A stretch of DNA of 51,306 bases, filler included, from Perkinsus olseni (taxonomy: Eukaryota), in assembly GCA_013115125.1 (NCBI GenBank). It is 2 parts of 2 records of this genome, joined end to end, with 100 filler letters (N's around TTAATTAATTAA, not from the genome) between each part and the next. Parts side by side here need not be neighbours in the genome. Positions count along the whole stretch, not along the records: positions 25,712 to 51,306 come from JABANN010000494.1; 1 more part is not named here. The stretch is one strand, 5' to 3'. The position numbers and the translations under genes are program-made. This document shows, piece after piece, positions 35,373-49,487 of this stretch. The notes under the pieces are model-generated. The model saw only the letters and a list, made by a program, of their open reading frames with translations. It did not search any database and was not told where the DNA came from. How positions within the stretch are numbered: position 1 is the first letter of the stretch; each line of letters opens with the position of its first letter.

Positions 35373-35912
35373 ATGTCGGAACACCATGGGAAAGGTAAAG
35401 GTTATCGTGGGGGTAAAGGAAAAGGCGGACGAGGAGGTAGTGGGGCTCGGAGTACGACCATTGGCCAAAATGTCTGTGTAGGAGATCACCGCCGTAGTTC
35501 TATAAGGCCCTCCGTAATCGACCTAGAACGGCTGATGCACCAACGCGTTACAGTCAAGCTCACCGGAGGACGTGAAGGTACAAGCCAGCACCCGGGGCGC
35601 TTCACCGACCGACTTATTTCCATTGTTAGTAAGCGGTGTTTTGAAGGGCTTCGATCCTGTGCCCAATCTCGTCCTTGACGAATGCATCGAGTACCTGAGG
35701 GATCCGGAGGACCCCTACAAGCTGTCAGGGAAGACACGCAATTTAGGTATGATTTGGTATTTGCCGGCGGCACCTCGCCAAGTATCGTGCATACTTCCTC
35801 GACGTGGTCCTCAGGTCTACTGGTGGCTCGAGGTACCTCCGTGGTGTTGGTGTGCCCTGCCGCCGGCGTTACTGAGATCGACAATCCCTTCACGGAGGAA
35901 TCTTCCGAATAG
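35373..35912 (+). CDS. LSM7: Sm-like protein LSm7 (4 exons)
   Basis: SVIDLERLMHQRVTVKLTGGRE / VSGVLKGFDPVPNLVLDECIEYLRDPEDPY / GLLVARGTSVVLVCP..EIDNPF. Confidence 0.92.
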
Positions 35913-36009
35913 TCGACTGAGTGCACACACATTTCCTCACGTACTCGGTTGATGTAGAGTTGCAGTCTTTAATCGCAAAGGATTCTTGGGTCTTTGTTTT
36001 GCCCTCGTC

Positions 36010-38318
36010 ATGTCGTCTGCGGCAAAGTCGACTCAGTCCATGACTGATGCTTTATCGGCTATTCGCCGAGCGTTGAATCCCGATCTTGAGACCGAGAAGG
36101 CCTCAGAAGAAGCTGTAAAGGACAGCCTAGTGCAAGTCGAAAAGGAAAAGCCAGTTGTTAAAGGGCCTGACTGGACTAAGCGATACAACGTAGTGTGGAA
36201 CGGCTGATCACCCATCGGTTAGCCATGAGATCAGGTTGTGAGCTCGCACCTGTCCAGTGTTGATGACTGCCCTGCTGTGACTGAGTTCGGGCTCTCCAGG
36301 ACGTGCCGAAAGGCACTGAAAGGCATGGGAATCAATCGGCTATTCCCGGTGCAGGCTACAGTACTACCGATTGTGATTGGAAGGGAAAGGACACCGGTGG
36401 GAAGCAGGTGAGGAAAAAAGATTCATGCGCTCTCTTATGTCCCGTCGGCTACGGCTCCCCTTCCGACTGACTAGTGCTTCCGCCTTAGGTACGACTGTGA
36501 TCTATGTGTGGCGATACCCACCGGTCAAGGAAAGACTTTAGGCTATTTATTGCCAGTAGCGCTACAGGAGCTGAGCCGTATCGCTTGTGATTCCACAATG
36601 GCTCTCAGATATTTCAACTATTGTCTCATCGGGTTTATCGGACTCTCCGAGCGCTGATTCTCGCACCTACGCGAGACTTGGCTCTACAAGTCAAGGAAGT
36701 AGCTGACCACTTCACGGGTACTAAGGATAATTTCAAGGTCGATTGCGTTGTGGGACAGTATCACGCTCAAACTTTCGCAGAGCAGGACGAAGCCGCGGCC
36801 GGTAGGTTACCCAAGGAAGCAGGCGCACCTTTATGTGCAGCGTGATCAGGCCCTGATGTGTTGGTTGCGACGCCGTCGCGTGCCTTGGACTTGCTCACGG
36901 GGGAACGGATACCTATCGATGGTATCCGATGGGTGGTCCTCGACGAGGCCGATAGACTACTGAATTCTAGTAGAGAGGCGACGGTCGAAGTGGTAAGCCT
37001 GAGAGCAGGTCGAATAGAGATATTGTTATTGTATGTAAGGTCCGGCGGGTGATGGCAGCCTCTCCTCGGTGCCAACGTATGCTTTTCTCGGCAACTATGA
37101 CGTCTAATCCCCAAAAACTCGCGCAGCTCGCACTCAACCGGCCATTCTTTCTACTCAGTACCCAGACGGGCGCACATGCGACGCCGGAGAACCTGCGACA
37201 TAGGTAGGGTATTCGTTCGCTCGCGAAAAGGGAGCAAGCGAATTGTTTTCAGATTCATCGTTGCGCGTGCCGAGCAGAAGAAGCCGGGAGTCTTGGTAAG
37301 AGACTTCTTAGAGCCTATGCCAAGTGGATCTGCTTGATCTCAGTTGTCGATACTTCGCGAGATATACCCTTCTAATACCAGTGCCTCAAGTCGGACTATG
37401 CTCTTCTGCGGCTCAGTCGAGCACGCTCATCGCCTGGCAAGGCTTTTGCAGATATGTGTGGCGGGTGACGAGAGTATAGAGAAAGCGCTACGGGTAGAGA
37501 CAAATACGAAGTGGTTTCATGTCCAGTTGTGACACCCGTGCTGTGCAGATAAGAGAGTTCAGTGCAGCCCTTGATCAGAAGCATCGTGTGAGCATGCTTG
37601 AGGCTTTCCGCACTGGCCGCATACATGTAGGATGGTCAGCTTCATTGATAAGATCAGCTGTATTCTGATTGTAGGTACTGGTTTGTAGTGACGTGGCAGC
37701 CAGAGGCTTAGACTTCCGAGAGGTGGACCACGTGGTTCAATATGATGTCCCGAATAGCGTGCAGGGGTATTCGGGCCACCGGATGAGTTAGAGCCGGGAG
37801 CCGCTACCCTCAGGTACATCCATCGATGTGGAAGGGCTGGCCGAGCAGGGAGAGTGGGTTGCAGCACTACTATTCTAGTATCCCGGCAAGTGAAGCACTT
37901 CAAGAATATGGTGAGTCCGAAATTCGCTGTGGATGAAGAAGTGTGTGCCCTGGCGTAGCTCCGAGAAGAGAACGCGGTCCCTGGCGAGAAGCTCGAGCAA
38001 ATGAAGCCCGTCCCTGATGACATCGCTGAGTATCAGGAGAAGTTGTCGATGTTGGAGCTTTGCCTCAAGAGGGAGAACAAGTAATTCGTTATGACGGGTG
38101 GCGACCGCGTGGAATCGTCCTTTCCCAGGGGAGTGTATTCGCTGACCGAGCCTGTAGACCCCGTTGCCTTGAAGGGTGGGGGAGCTGGGGACGGGCAGAA
38201 ATTGGAGCAGGAGGCCACTGGTGCCCGATCTAGAAAGTCCAAGCGACCTTCTAGTACAGTGTATAAGGAGCTGCTTAGTAACGTACGGCAGCGGTTAGGG
38301 AACGCCCTCCCGGGCTAA
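36010..38318 (+). CDS. DDX51: DEAD-box RNA helicase, DDX51/Dbp6-like
   Basis: LFPVQATVLP, DLCVAIPTGQGKTL, LAPTRDLALQV, DEADRLL, LFSATMTSNPQKLAQLAL, VCSDVAARGLD, YIHRCGRAGRAG. Confidence 0.88.
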
Positions 38319-38449
38319 CTTCTCTTTTGGGTTTACCAAATAACGTCGTCCATTAACGAGCAGTTACTGATCTGTTTTGTTCCGAATCTCACTGCGGGGC
38401 GCGCGATGGATTGAATAGCTTCCACTTTTTCGGCCAGCTCATTCTTGCC

Positions 38450-41400
38450 ATGGCCTTCTGCACCACCCTCGAGAAGCTTAGCTTCCTGACACTGCTCCTC
38501 TTCTGCGGAGCGGCATCGACTGTTAAGATGGTCATTGGAGATTGGAAGAATTCGAAAGTCTCTCGGGAAATAGTAGGACTTCTCTTTGATCGTTCTAGTG
38601 TCGACCTTGTCCCTCCTAGACCCTCCAGGAGAGTACGGTGAAAGTGACAGTCAATGTTGACCTCGACTGTTCTATGTGTACGGGGCCATTGCAGTACACT
38701 TTCCTCAAGCTACCCAACCAGGGTTTGGGGAAGCACGCGGTGAGCTTTTTTGAAGGATTAGGCTACATTACAGTGAGCAAACGGGTGGGAGGAGTTGTCT
38801 AATGTGATGGAGCAGGTGGCGGACAGCGAGTCTGGAGATCAGCTGGTTGTTGAGGACTTGGGAGTGGACGGTGCAGACAGATATCTGAGAGTGACTCTAC
38901 CGGAAGCGAAGAGTAAGCGTCACCTCGATGCTAGTTTGTGAGTTACTAGCCTCATTTCAACAGACAAGGCTTCTCTTAATGTGGAGATGATATTCGGTAG
39001 AATGTACAGACCCTTGCCTGAAGAGATATTGGAAATGCAAGAACAAATGGTCGAGTAAGCCTTGGGCGTCGGTGGGGAATACTTCGTGAACTAAGCTCTT
39101 CGTGTGATTAGTGATGGCTCACCTTTTCTCAGGTATGTGGATGCTATGTACTGGCCCTCGCCCTATCCAACGGCCAAGGAAACTACAACTGTCAGGTTGA
39201 TGGAGGAGGAAAAGATGGAGTAAGGAGGAGTGGTGCAATTTCGAGTATAGAATTTTTTTTTCGATCAGACGGGTTCTGCCCGAGGGTGCGGCCAATATTA
39301 AGGGACGATCGATCACCTTTGGGCCGTACGAGGATATTAAAGCCAGCAAGTAGGGCCCAACAGGATGGGCTGGAGGCTCGAGCTGAGTACATAGCATTCA
39401 CTGAACTATTGCTGTCAGGGCGCACCCCGATCTCATCCACGTACATGTTTCCCATCCATTCCCTCTGCCCTATTTCGCCACGAGCTCTCGAGTGATAGAG
39501 GTCTCTCACTGGGGTATGTTGTCAATGATTAGTAGTATTGTGAATAGGGCGGGTGCTGCTTTCAGGTAGTGTATCAGTCACTGGGAGGTACGAGCTGGTC
39601 AATGAGGCCGCTAGACTGGGAGGGGAGTTCTCGAGGATACCCTTCAGTATCGACAAGTGGGGGAGTCCTGGGTAGTAGCAGCATCGAGGGTATTTGCTTC
39701 ATTGACTCAGAGTCGATGATGTTGTCTAGTTTTCTCTTACATAATCCGTCCCTTTGCTGATTCGCTCCAATATCGTGTTTTCGACTGCTCTGTTCGACCG
39801 AACTCTCGTCGCACGTATACATGCTTTTGCACCGGCACAGTCAATTCGGCACGGAGCTGTCGTACTTGTATATAAGTGGCGGTCAACTTGGCCCCAAGTC
39901 TTGGGGTGCAAGACGTTAGAGAGTTCTAGTGTTCACCTCACTGGTGGATTACTGCGTATTTCAGGGAGAATCCTTACAGCGTTACATCATGCGTGAACAA
40001 AATTGAGGCGGTCCTACCAAGATCAGTCTGTAACATCAACTACAGAGATGCTATTGGCAACGTTTCCTGTAATACATATTGCCACCACATCCCTTTGGAT
40101 TTCTCCTTCCACAGCAACTCACGCGCGACGAGAAGGCAAGAAATACGTGTCGGTGGAGCTCGCCCCCAGGTAATCAGATTGTGCAAGGTGAAACGTCATT
40201 GTTGCTGGACTTAGGTTCCCCATGCTCGGTGGATGGAAGGACGAGTTTGAGTTTTCTTATGATCTGCCAGCCAGAACAACCTTACAGGTATAGTCCGCTT
40301 AATTTTCCGCAGAGCCCTTATCTTAATTTTCAGGTCTCGTCAAGCGACAGTAATCAATACGTGCTCAGCGTGGCTTTCAATCAGCCTTTCGTGAGGGTTT
40401 TTGCCCAGCAGCAAGAGCTTGAGGTGAACATAAGAATTCGAGACGTGTTTGATAGAGCTAGTACGTGTGGGCTTGACAGGTTGTTCTGCCCGCTGGTGCC
40501 ATGGACATCAAAGTCAACTCCCCGCGGGGTCTAGGAACATTCGACTACATCCCCGAGGGACGATACTCCTGGTTGGACTTCACTACTCCGCGGAAGCTAA
40601 TTCGCTTGACTTCTTCTGGAATTATTGTGCCAGAGCGGAATGCCCTGAATACCAAGATTCAGGTGAGGATAGGGGCCTGCGGTAACGGGACTCGATGACG
40701 ACCTCATCCTGGCCATTGCGAGCTACCCTGCATTCGTACCACATTTCACTACCCTTATTCCTAATTTATAGATCGCCTACCGCATGCCGTCCGGTATGGG
40801 CGTACTGGACAAGCCTGCCCTCTTGGTTATGTACGTGTTCGCCCTTTTCCTGGCCTACATAATCTTCAACAGGGTTAACTTAAGGATCGTCACGGGCAAG
40901 GCTGAGGTAAGCGCCTACGTCCTCGCTCGAGATAGGACGAAAGGGTAGTCCCCATGTGTATTCTCTTACTTAAGTCATGTATGTCAGGCGTCCAAGATCG
41001 ACTCTCGAGCCTGGGATTATTCTGTGTCGCTCAAGGTGGCGGATCTTTTCGAAGATCTTTGCCACGTGAATGAAAAGATGTTGAGATCCGCCAAAGGACC
41101 CGTCCACAAGCTGGAGAAGGTGGTCATATTTGACCTGCTCCGTTGCTCGTGTCCAGGCGTTTTGCATGCCATAATAATTGTCAGGCTATTGTCCAGCAGA
41201 CGGCAGCTGCCGGGTCCCTCTGCTCCAAAATGAGGTCTGTTATGGGTATGGATACTACTCCTACTGAGGGATCGAGAAAGTATCGGCAAGTGATGGAGAC
41301 GCGATTTCGAACCCCTCTTTCCGATAGGTTCACCGACGGGGATCTGGCTAAACGTGTGGTAGCCACCTGTGAAGAGTATGCCTCTACAGCTAGGTCTCTA

Positions 41401-41731
41401 TCCAAGACCGTGTCTAAGATGGCAGTCTCGGAGAGTGATACCAAGGTGGGTGCGGAGGGATGCTTTGGTTGTGTCGAGTTCTATCCGACTTAGAACTACA
41501 ATGTCGTCATGGCTGAAGAGAAGTCTGCCGCCGCTAAATACAGCGATGTTGAGAATCTATGTGCCAATCTTATCCAAAAGATGGAGGAGCAAAGCAAACC
41601 ATCAGTAAAACCTGGCAAGTGCCATCCGTTGTAAGCTTGGGCTCCTTCAGTCTCAGCGACCAGAGATGGGGTACAGCACAGGTGAGGAGCAAGGGGCAGA
41701 TACTACGGCCGAATCAAAGAAGAGAAAGTGA
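38450..41731 (+). CDS. RPN1: Ribophorin I (oligosaccharyltransferase OST1)
   Basis: Signal-like N-terminus, PLPEEILEMQEQMV, SPYPT, GPYEDI, IEVSHWG, YRDAIGNVS, PMLGGWK, YSWLDF, TM segment KPALLVMYVFALFLAYIIF, and a tail ending KKRK*. Confidence 0.88.
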
Positions 41732-41893
41732 AGAGCACTGGCATCGTAGTGGGATGCCCATCGAGGGGCTTCTGTTTTTTTGTGAACGGCTTCACACGCA
41801 CGGTTGAGTAGTTGAGTTGTTCAATAATTTTAGAGGAGACACCAATCTGAGCTGCGTGGGCAGTCAGGTCTGATAGGATCGTTCGAAGTCACA

Positions 41894-44800
41894 ATGAGTC
41901 GACTGATCTTGACATCTGGACTCCATATTCTGGAGTACTATGGGTAGTCTCGCTCAAGCTAGCGAGCAGGAACTTGAACCACCTTGAGATCGATTACACT
42001 TGGACTCCATGCGGAAGATTTGTTCCCAATGACTTCACGTGGTGTCATATCACAGCGATCCAGCGCGCAACTGAACGACGTGCTTCGTACACTGCGTCGT
42101 CGCTACACGCGGATGAAAGGAAGTGCTGTAAGACCCGAGTCATGTCGTTGTCCTCGAATCGTTTGATAGGCCGATTTTTCATATGCTGAACGCAACCGAA
42201 GCTATAGGAAGTGTCGATGAAATGGCGTGAGAACGGCCATGAGCTGCTCATATTGACGTTCGTTTGCAGGCGGTTTCGGTGGTGGCAGCCGTAGGAGTAT
42301 TGGCCTTGTATCGTTATCTGCAAAAATCCAAGGGAGAAGCTTCGGTGGGCGGCGATGTCCCTCACAGGCCCAAGAAGAAGGAGCATGGGGTCGACGCCAG
42401 GTTCCTTCTCAGACTGGCGAAGGTGGGTCGCTCAGCTACAGTATGGCTTCTAGTGGTTTGTGTCCATCAGCTCCTCCCAGTCCTCATCCCTGGGCTCCGT
42501 AGCAGAGAAGCGCTGACTCTCGCTCTGCAGACATGTGCTTTGATATCGAGAAGTGTGCTGTCCATCCATATCGCCGAGGTACGCCGAGACTGAAATGGTT
42601 CTTTGCGCATGAGGCTACTCCAGGTGTCTGGGAAAGGGTTGGAAGCTGTCGCCAGGAGGGACGGCAAACTGTTCCTCAGCTCAATCGCAGATTTTGTGGT
42701 GAGTGCCCACCGTGACCAAACTGCTCTCCGTCGGCGGCAGTCAGTCCGTTCAGGTAACCGGAGTGACAGCCTCTATCGTTAACTCGGGGCTCAAGTTCAT
42801 GACCAACATACTCGGAGCATGGTTCGCGTAGGAATGCGGACTCAGGCTTCAGTGTCCAGCGTTGTGCAGCCATTACGCGTCTCAGGGAGAATTTGACCCA
42901 TCATATCCACAAGACCTACCTTAACAACAAGAACTACTATTTCGTATCTGCACACCCGGCTTTGGCAAACGCCGTCTCGAGCGCGGTAGATCCTCTGTTT
43001 TCCAACTCGGACGATCGCTTCGCTTTCAGGATAACCCGGATGCCCCGCTGAAGGGTGCTACCGTGTTAGATAACGTAGACCATAGACTGGTGGTAGATGT
43101 AGACAACTTCGCCAAGCAGTTGGCTGATTTGTACTCCAGGACCTTCAAACCGGCACTGGATGTCGTGCTATGCACGGCTCGATTGGGCACAAGCCTCAGA
43201 GGGTGAATCTTGGGGTTAGGATGAGAATCTTTCTTCTATTAGGGATACAATCTAGGTCGGAAAGCTACTGCTCTCAGGTATAGTGGGCCCATTCTCTTAT
43301 ACGCATATTTCATTGGAATATCAGCAGCAATTCGAGCGACTTCGCCTCCCATGTCGAAGCTGATCGCTCATCAACAGTCGTTAGACGGTAGGGGGCGCCG
43401 CACAGTATCGAATGCATCTTTGCTTTTCCTCAGGCAACTATAGACGAGCCCAAGCCCGACTAGTTTCTCACCATGAAGAGATCGCCTTCCTTGACGGTGG
43501 AGCGGCGGAAGTGAGCTTGGCTCTCGGAAGAGGTTCACGCATGTCGTTATGAACAGGAACGCCTCTTAAACGAGAGGCTGGCTTCAGCAAGCGGCTGGAA
43601 AGAGAAGCTCGCGGCCATACAATTTCGGCAGGGTTGTATAGATCAATTTGGCCTCAAGTAGATGAAGAGCGCGAAGTTGGTCTATCAGGAATGGTTTCCG
43701 GCATTAGGTACTTCGCTTCGGTGGTGGGGTGGCCTGTTATCGCCTTGCCATTTATCACTATGGAAGCCCCGACGAACGGGAAGGATCAGCTGAAACGTCT
43801 CACCCAGTAGCTCTTCCCAGTCGGCGCTCTGCGCTAACTTTCTTCCTCCATCAGATACAGAGTCGCCGACAACCTGATCCAAACGTCTAGCGCGTCCCTG
43901 TGTGATCTGATCCTCACGTACAAGAAGGTGAGGCGTGATCGGTGCGAGTCAGGATCCTCTTGAGAGCTGCCTTCCAGGTCCAAACGCTGGCCGGATACAC
44001 CGCCCGGGTCTCCGAGCTAATGGAGGCGTTAAATCGTTCTGATGAGCGGACGAGTCGGATTCGTCGGTCTTCCGAAAAGGAGGTCGTTCGGAGCAAAGGA
44101 TGCAAGTTTGGAACCTGACGTCTCTCAGGGCGATCTTATTCCTGATGCTATCTTCTCGGCGAGTGAGGTCACCATCAACACGCCTGACCAATCCCGTACG
44201 CTACTCAGCAACTTTGACTTTGTGGCTAAGCCCGGTGAGCCCTGGAGACCAATTGCTCGCTCGGTGGTATGGCTCTTGATTGTCTCTAGGTGACCGTGTG
44301 CTTATAACTGGGCCTAACGGTGCTGGTAAGACCTCCCTCTTTCGTGTTCTAGCGGGCCTCTGGCCAGCATCAGCGGGAGATATCAGAATGCACACAGGCT
44401 CAGAAGAAGGCCAACGACAGGTGGTAGTTTTGCAAGCCTAGCAGGCGGGGGCGATATTTCTCATGTCTTCTACAACTCGTTTAATAGTCAACAAACCTTA
44501 TGAAATTCTCTGCCAAATTCGCCAATGGCGAATCGCCATCACATCTCCCTACTGAGTAACATAACTTATCTTGTCTGTCTTGCGCAGAACTCCGTTATGT
44601 ATCTACCCCAAACTCCGTATCTGGTACTGGGTACTCTCAGAGACCAAGTTACGTATCCCAGACTCAGTGATGTACATGGCTCCGATAACTTCATCTCCCA
44701 GTGCTTGGAGAGAGTGGGATTGGGTAAGTCGCTCTCATGTCTACAGAAGTCCATGATTTCCTATCCTTCAGGTCGGTTGTTGTCAACGTATTCTTTGGAT

Positions 44801-45198
44801 ACTGAAGTGTGGGAATGGGCCGATGTCCTATCGGGTGGAGAAAGGCAGCGAATAGGCTGGGCACGACTGCTCTTCCACCGCCCCTCGGTATCATCATCTT
44901 CACGACTGTGTCCATCTTGGAAAGTTTCATTGTCATCTATTAGGTGGTAGTCCTTGACGAAGCTACCTCGGCAATAGCAGTGGACGACGAAGCCCCTCTT
45001 TATGAGCTCCTTATTGGCTTGAACCCCAAGATGTCCATCTTCTCTATTGCTCACAGACCGAGCCTCAGACGGCTGCATACCTGTGAACTCCAGATTGATG
45101 GAGACGGCCACGGCCACTGGACGTTGAGGAAGCTAGAGGAGGACGTGAGCTCCAAGGCCGATTTGTCCGTTGTTGAGGTCAGCGAGACCCCAACATAG
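41894..45198 (+). CDS. ABCD-family (peroxisomal-type) half ABC transporter; start uncertain
   Basis: [13 protein letters not shown]-like [11 protein letters not shown], Walker [51 protein letters not shown]. Confidence 0.92.
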
Positions 45199-45739
45199 AA
45201 TTAACTCGGTCTACGCTCAGATGGGAGATTATGCCGAGACCACGAGTCCTCCGGGCCGAACACCGATAGGCCTGTTCGGCGCTGAACCCTCCTCGCCGTA
45301 GCCATGACGTTTTTTATAGAAAGATTTCACTAAGAGTCTCGTCTTTTTGAAGTTACCTGGCTACCTATCCAGAGTTGTGTTCGAGACGGGAGCCAGTGCT
45401 CCTTCACAGCCTCAATAGCCGCCAGCATATAGTGAACGACACCATCCGGGTCGAGTGCCGAAGAAATGATGGTCGGCACGAAACGCCGCGCGGAGAAAAA
45501 ATTTTCCTGAGTAACTGTCAGTTATTGTCGATAATTTATTGAAGCGCACAACTGCTATACTAAAAACAAGCTAAAGAAGCTTTGTGGCCACTGTTGGGTG
45601 ATTGAGATGGATTTTTCCGACCTCGCAAAATCGCTAAACGCGGAACGCTTCGCTCCGCTCGGCTTTGAACTTAGCTCATCATCGTGGGCGCGCTGACCCT
45701 ACCTTTTTTGGCACATTAGAGTTGTGATAAGTCGACATC

Positions 45740-46581
45740 ATGTCATCTACTGCTGCTTCTTTCAACCCCTACCTGGACCCCTGTTACGACGAGTCATGGG
45801 GATGCACTTTCAACAGCATGTCCCCTTATATGTGGTAAGAATCTTACAGGTCGGCTCTAGCTTAAGTTCACTATTGTTGCTGTGCCGCATGGCCTGATGG
45901 TACCATGAATTTGCTGTCAGGGCTAACCTCGGCATCACCTTCTCTCTGGCCTTCTCCGTCATCGGCGCTGCCTGGGGTATCTTCCTGACCGGTTCTTCGT
46001 TGGTTGGAGCTGCTGTCCGCGCTCCTAGGATCAAGTAATATGGAAAGAGCGATGGAGTATCTTGAGATTAATCGTGCGAGATACGGAATTTGTCGGATTA
46101 GATCATGAGTATGCCCTTACTGTCGCTCTCCTGTAGGTCCAAGAATCTTGTGTCGATTATCTTCTGCGAAGCTGTCGCTATCTACGGCGTTATCATGAGT
46201 ATTATCATGAACTCCAAGATGGAGGGCGCCAAGGAGTTTGTTCCCCCGGCCATCCCCACTGGTAAGCGAGTGCTCTTATCTTTGTGTTCGCCGTATCACT
46301 CACCTTCATCAGGTAACATGGCCGTTGCCCAGGCCGCCGGATACTGCCTCTTCGCATGCGGTCTCTCCGTTGGCTTCTCGAACCTCTTCTGCGGTGTCTG
46401 CGTTGGCGTCTCTGGTTCCGGATGTGCTTTGGGTGATGCTCAGAAGCCCGAGTTGTTCGTCAAGATGCTCGTTGTTGAGATCTTCGGCAGTGCTCTCGGT
46501 CTTTTCGGTATCATTGTTGGTATTATCCAGGCTGGCCAGGGTACCTTCCCTAAGGACATCACTCCCCAGATCCCCATGTAA
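45740..46581 (+). CDS. ATP6V0B: V-ATPase proteolipid subunit c'' (Vma16)
   Basis: [70 protein letters not shown]. Confidence 0.95.
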
Positions 46582-47119
46582 ATGAGGAGTCTCATGGTGG
46601 TGATGCTCGTTAGTGAAATGGCAGTAGTGGGATGAGCAGCAGCAGCATTCTCTCCGTTACTGAGTGTCTTAATGGTTGCTAAGACTCGCGGCATCTTCAG
46701 TCTAGAAGTCCTTAAAGGCTTCAGGGGCCAGTAGTAGCAGCTGCTCTCCCGTTCATTGAGTCGATTGTTGTTTAACAGCGTATGCGTCATCATCATAGCC
46801 ATTCTCGGGAACGCTAATCAAGTGTCGTCGCCGCCACTGTCCCTAGTTTTTGAGGCGTCGCTCTTGAGAATAGTACCATTACAGTTGCTGAAAACCCTGG
46901 CGGACGGATGTCCTAGTGCTAGTTGACGATCCTACATCACTGCTCGTAGAGAGAGTGTTTTCCTGTCCTCTACACTGGTGACTGTCTCTACGCTCCGGGT
47001 TAATCGCGTTAATCTGGCGTGAATAATTCTCCGTTTCTTGGGCTTGTGTTGGTGAGTAGTAAATGGAAGTGTTGAAGTCCGTGGTGGTTTCATGTCTTGG
47101 GTGGATAGCAGCTACTTGG

Positions 47120-49266
47120 AGTGGGGACCGTGGAGTGTTCTCCTAGTCAGTGTGCTATGCCTACTGATATTTGTTGTCTCTGCAAGGTGCTGGGAGGGGT
47201 TCACGAGATATCGTGGTGTCAGCCAGGGCTCAGGTACCTCATTCTAGGAGTTCAGCCCTTCGGTGCGTTACTGGAGTTCATTCTGGCGTGCTCAGCGGAT
47301 GTCCGCAGGATGATGCGAATTGACAAAAGGTGAGGCCGTACCTGAGGCATCGGGCGGCTATCGGTTTTTGCCATGGAGGGGTCCTAGTCGAATGGTCCCT
47401 CGCGACTGCGGTGGTGACCGAGGAACATCAGTGGGCTCTGGTAGGTTCCATGTGATCGGGAAAGTGCGCCTTCTCATTGCCTCTACAGATTCTGAGGACG
47501 GGCGCGGCTCGAGTGGACGAGTGACGGAGTCGTATGTACTCTTCGAGAAACCTCTACCGGCTGAGTGTCCGTGGACGGATGTTCTAATGTGATGATATTG
47601 GAAATGAGGGTGGGTCAAGATTAGCTCCCTTTCAGCAACGTTACAGACCTCCCCACGGCCATCGACGCTATCTGGAGTGCTGTGATCGAGAATGATCGCG
47701 GGAATGATCGTAAAGTAGCTCGCGGACGAGGTGTTTCGCTAGTAAGAGCCGCAGCGATCAGAGTCGTTACAGTGAAGAGGATAAGAGCGAGGGCGAGCCT
47801 GGTCTGGCTACCACATTGAACCTGCTCAAGCGATCCTGCCAGGAGATCAGGATAGTATGGACAGGGAGTTCATGGCCATCGGATCGAGGTCGTGGTACTC
47901 GGCAGTGTATCGACGGCGCCCGATGGAATTACAGCCCGTTGACTCTAGCAAGCAATCCCGATTAGTCCGGAGTAAGACCGTATACGTCTGCTGTACAAGC
48001 TGCTCTGCGTTTGCAAAACTTTGATTCATTCTGACCGTACTCTAAGAGCCGGAATGAACGCCAGAGGTGAGAAATGATGCTACAGGGCTGTTGTTTCCGA
48101 GCGCCCATCCGTGGTGAGATAGGATACTACCTACTCGAGGGACAGCACACCATATGGCAGCACGGTGGTTTCGGCTAGAGCGGTTCATCTTCCACGAGCA
48201 GGTGAAGCTAGAGTTGAGCTTGGAAGTTGATCCAGACTCTGATGACGAAAAGACATGGGCGGCCAGGGCTCCGACTGCGAGAAAAGTTTCAGTGGAAAAG
48301 CGTCGAGGGCTGGTAGTGAGGTAAGCTGATCATTGAAAGACCTCTACTGAGCTAGTTACTGGGTGCGTTTTAGATGGTTTATGCTCTATAAGCTCTTGGA
48401 CGGGACATTCATGTTCGGCGGACAACCTCAGGTGCTCAACTCTTCCGCCGTGCTCTATTTCTGCCGTATGGCTTCCCTGCAGGTCGATGGTAGGCTCTCT
48501 TCTGCGACCACTACGGGTCGATCCTGCCCGGTCAACAGCGGGAAAGTAGTACCCACAACTGTCGTACAGGAGGCGCGGGGAAGCTCGTTCTCGGAGAGGT
48601 CGCCTCAACCGGCTGCTGATGAATCTTCCAATATCTCTACCGATGCCGTCGAATGTGTAGTACATAAGGCTGTGATTCGTTCATCGCTATATCGTCATCC
48701 GTGAGGTTATCCCAGACCATTATCGGGGCATCGACTACCACGAAAGGAACGGCAAGTGAGAGGTATTTGCCTCAAGACCTTGTCACATTCTATACCGTGC
48801 ACGATGGAAGTGAGGCGTATAACCCGAACTACATTACTGGGTGTACTCACCCTGCTTTACTGGCTTTTTCCAGTTGGGATACTTCATGAACTGGATCATC
48901 TGCCGCACATAACCTGCTCGCCAATCACCCCTTACGGGACTGGCTCAACATACTACGTGAGTTCCCTGAGTACGCTGCGGCGAATAATCCAGCAGGTTTA
49001 CCCGTTGGTCGCTATATGCCCTCTTCCTCGGCACCGCACACTATCAGCATTTGGCCGAGTTGACGGATTCTCCGTTGCGACATTCAGCTCTAAGCAAAGA
49101 AGGGATCTGGTACGTTGCTGATTCGTGCAGGCATGGCAAAGTTAGAGGGCAGGTTGTGTTCGCCGAGCGAGGAGTCCCTCTCGTCGGCGATGATGTCACC
49201 CACATCAGTGTCATGACCTTCATTATTGATACATTACACAGTCTGGTCATGCCGTCTCTTGGATGA
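47120..49266 (+). CDS. Multi-exon hypothetical gene(s); structure unresolved
   Basis: Protein-like segments flanked by AG/GT, e.g. PFGALLEFILACSADVRRMMRIDK, DLPTAIDAIWSAVIEND and EGIWYVADSCRHGK..LVMPSLG*. No family recognised. Confidence 0.35.
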
Positions 49267-49487
49267 GTATCAAGATGGAGATGTTGCGTTGCCAAGTTGG
49301 TGGGGTGAAATGAATGATACAATCAGACATTCCAGCCTGGCGATAGCCGGGAACGGATCGCTTTGAGATCGTATCTATGGATTGTAGTCGGTTGGGAGTG
49401 CTCTAGCAGATGCATTCTGTATTAGAATTGATCACTTTCCCCCTTGTTTGGACGAAACTTCCCAGCGCATTTGCTCAGCTCTCGTCG

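Noticed and set aside
45296-45305. CCGTAGCCAT as a spliced-leader relic or SL RNA
   Set aside because: Only 10 nt match the leader. There is no TGGCTCAAG, donor GT or Sm site.
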